DNA of 26,037 bases from a virus. Lineage: Duplodnaviria > Caudoviricetes. Shown one piece after another: positions 24,926-26,037 of this stretch. The notes beneath the pieces are model-generated. The model searched no databases and was not told where the DNA came from. It saw only the letters and a program-made list of their open reading frames with translations. The translations under genes and the position numbers were made by a program. Location: positions 1 to 26,037 of the IMG/VR virus record IMGVR_UViG_3300009008_000217; one strand, 5' to 3'. The first letter of the stretch is position 1. The number at the start of each line of letters is the position of its first letter.

Positions 24926-24941
24926 TTTCTTAAACTATTCC

Positions 24942-25142
24942 TTAAACTTTTATACAAGAAGGTTGATGGTATATATCCCAAGTAGGCTCACATCTTAAAT
25001 GTTTACGTTTTTCTTTAGGAAGTTTATGCTGATATTTTTCTTCTTGTTTTATCTCTTTCGGTCTGACCGGTTTTATGTCATTCTCTACACTGACCGAATT
25101 AAGGTAGAGAATACTTGCTACTATAAGACCTGACCAAGCCAT
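24942..25142 (-). CDS. Small protein with N-terminal hydrophobic segment
   Basis: Start uncertain (25175 or 25142, MAWSGLIVASILYL); basic C-terminal half with C-x10-C. Confidence 0.5.
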   Translation of the reverse strand: MAWSGLIVASILYLNSVSVENDIKPVRPKEIKQEEKYQHKLPKEKRKHLRCEPTWDIYHQPSCIKV

Positions 25143-25231
25143 ACTAGTAACACTGTTATTAATAAAAACCAGCATACTTTACAACTGGTTAAATTATCTT
25201 CGTCCCAAGGACTTTGTTTGCGTGGAAACAT
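25121..25231 (-). CDS. Small membrane peptide, 36 aa (MFPRKQSPWDEDNLTSCKVCWFLLITVLLVWLGQVL); not in ORF track
   Basis: Translated by hand; AGGAG RBS 5 nt before ATG; CxxC followed by one transmembrane helix. Confidence 0.6.
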   Translation of the reverse strand: MFPRKQSPWDEDNLTSCKVCWFLLITVLLVWLGQVL

Positions 25232-25254
25232 ATAATCTCCTGTGTTAGAAGGTA

Positions 25255-25698
25255 CTATGAACCTTCGTTACTCTGCGCATTTTGTTCTCTAGCAAGTTTT
25301 GCTTCATACTTATATTGATCGTACTTTCTCTTACGTCTAGCTCTACGCTGTACTGCCCAAGGGGCTACTACTGTAGTAAATAGAAGGAAAGCGATAAACC
25401 CATATAAAATCATTTCTTGGGTTTCTTTCCAGATATATGCCCACATTTGCTCCTTGTTTCCAGGATCAATCTCAGGCACTTCTGGTTCAGGCGGTGGTAA
25501 AGTTTCATCCACCGCTACAGAAGTGGCCAAATTCAGCGCAGCTGGAATCGGCCCGGCTACTGCGTAAGTTACCGCAGTAGTTGCTCCTGTTTTAATAAGA
25601 TTTCTAGGTTTAACTGATTCTATATCTCCCTTTATTACACTTAGTGGGGAGCACCCAGTTAAACCTAGAATTAATAATGCTGATACTAAGATTTTCAT
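25255..25698 (-). CDS. Lipoprotein with C-terminal transmembrane helix (u-spanin-like topology)
   Basis: Lipobox LTG-C16 with Ser at +2; Pro-rich linker; TM MILYGFIAFLLFTTVVAPWAV; basic tail QRRARRKRK; GGAGG RBS. Confidence 0.6.
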   Translation of the reverse strand: MKILVSALLILGLTGCSPLSVIKGDIESVKPRNLIKTGATTAVTYAVAGPIPAALNLATSVAVDETLPPPEPEVPEIDPGNKEQMWAYIWKETQEMILYGFIAFLLFTTVVAPWAVQRRARRKRKYDQYKYEAKLAREQNAQSNEGS

Positions 25699-26036
25699 TA
25701 TGCCTCCTGTGGGAAGAATCGGACAATTGCCGCAGCGGCGGCAATCTGCCTCATACTCTTTTTAATTAATAAATTTGGATCGCGTGTAGGGCCTCGATTG
25801 TATTGAGCGCCTCCTGGTGCGAATGTCTCATATGGATTATTCATATAAGAATAATAAGCCATCGTAGCTCCATCTCTAGTTTGAACAACATTTTTAATAT
25901 CTACACTATGTGCAAATCTACCTGTACGATAGTTCAAAACTTTAGTAGCTCTACCCTTACCCATATTCTTTCGTATAGCGTCATGAATAGCAGAGTTTAA
26001 CAACTGCCTAAGAGCTATAGGACTCAATTGGGCTTG
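25698..26036 (-). CDS. C-terminal part of T5 p143-like tail completion protein (5'-truncated by window)
   Basis: LNYRTGRFA.SV, YSYM.NPY.TF and RDP..LI.KS.R.IA recall the T5 p143 C-terminus. The frame is open to the window edge (QAQLSPIAL), so the TTG at 26027 is probably not the start. Confidence 0.7.
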   Translation of the reverse strand, partial: QAQLSPIALRQLLNSAIHDAIRKNMGKGRATKVLNYRTGRFAHSVDIKNVVQTRDGATMAYYSYMNNPYETFAPGGAQYNRGPTRDPNLLIKKSMRQIAAAAAIVRFFPQEA

Positions 26037-26037
26037 T

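Noticed and set aside
1242-26000. All plus-strand ORFs in the track (e.g. 17047-17511, 23611-23934, 5510-5785, 21242-21526)
   Set aside because: Each lies antisense to a well-supported minus-strand gene and shows no recognisable motif; they are shadow ORFs.

Overview
This window is a piece of a lytic T5-like (Demerecviridae-related) phage genome. Every credible gene lies on the minus strand. Positions ~1-20150 hold the T5-type replication and nucleotide module. In transcription order it runs D3, D2, PC4-like SSB, split NAD-dependent ligase A/B, D5, DnaB helicase, primase, family A DNA polymerase, D10, D11, D12/D13, D14, D15, then nrdA-thyX-nrdB. Positions ~20300-25700 are an accessory, envelope-focused region. 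It carries a general-type porin, three small exported proteins (at least one resembling sulfur globule envelope proteins of sulfur-oxidising Gammaproteobacteria), DUF1353, a minimal MscS-like protein, a lipoprotein with u-spanin topology and several tiny membrane ORFs. Seven perfect TTGACA-N17-TATAAT promoters share an extra GGTWA spacer motif. The putative sulfur-globule cassette and the porin each sit behind their own pair of palindromic operator-like sites, which suggests host-derived modules captured with their host regulation. All family calls come from motif recognition by eye; no database searches were run.
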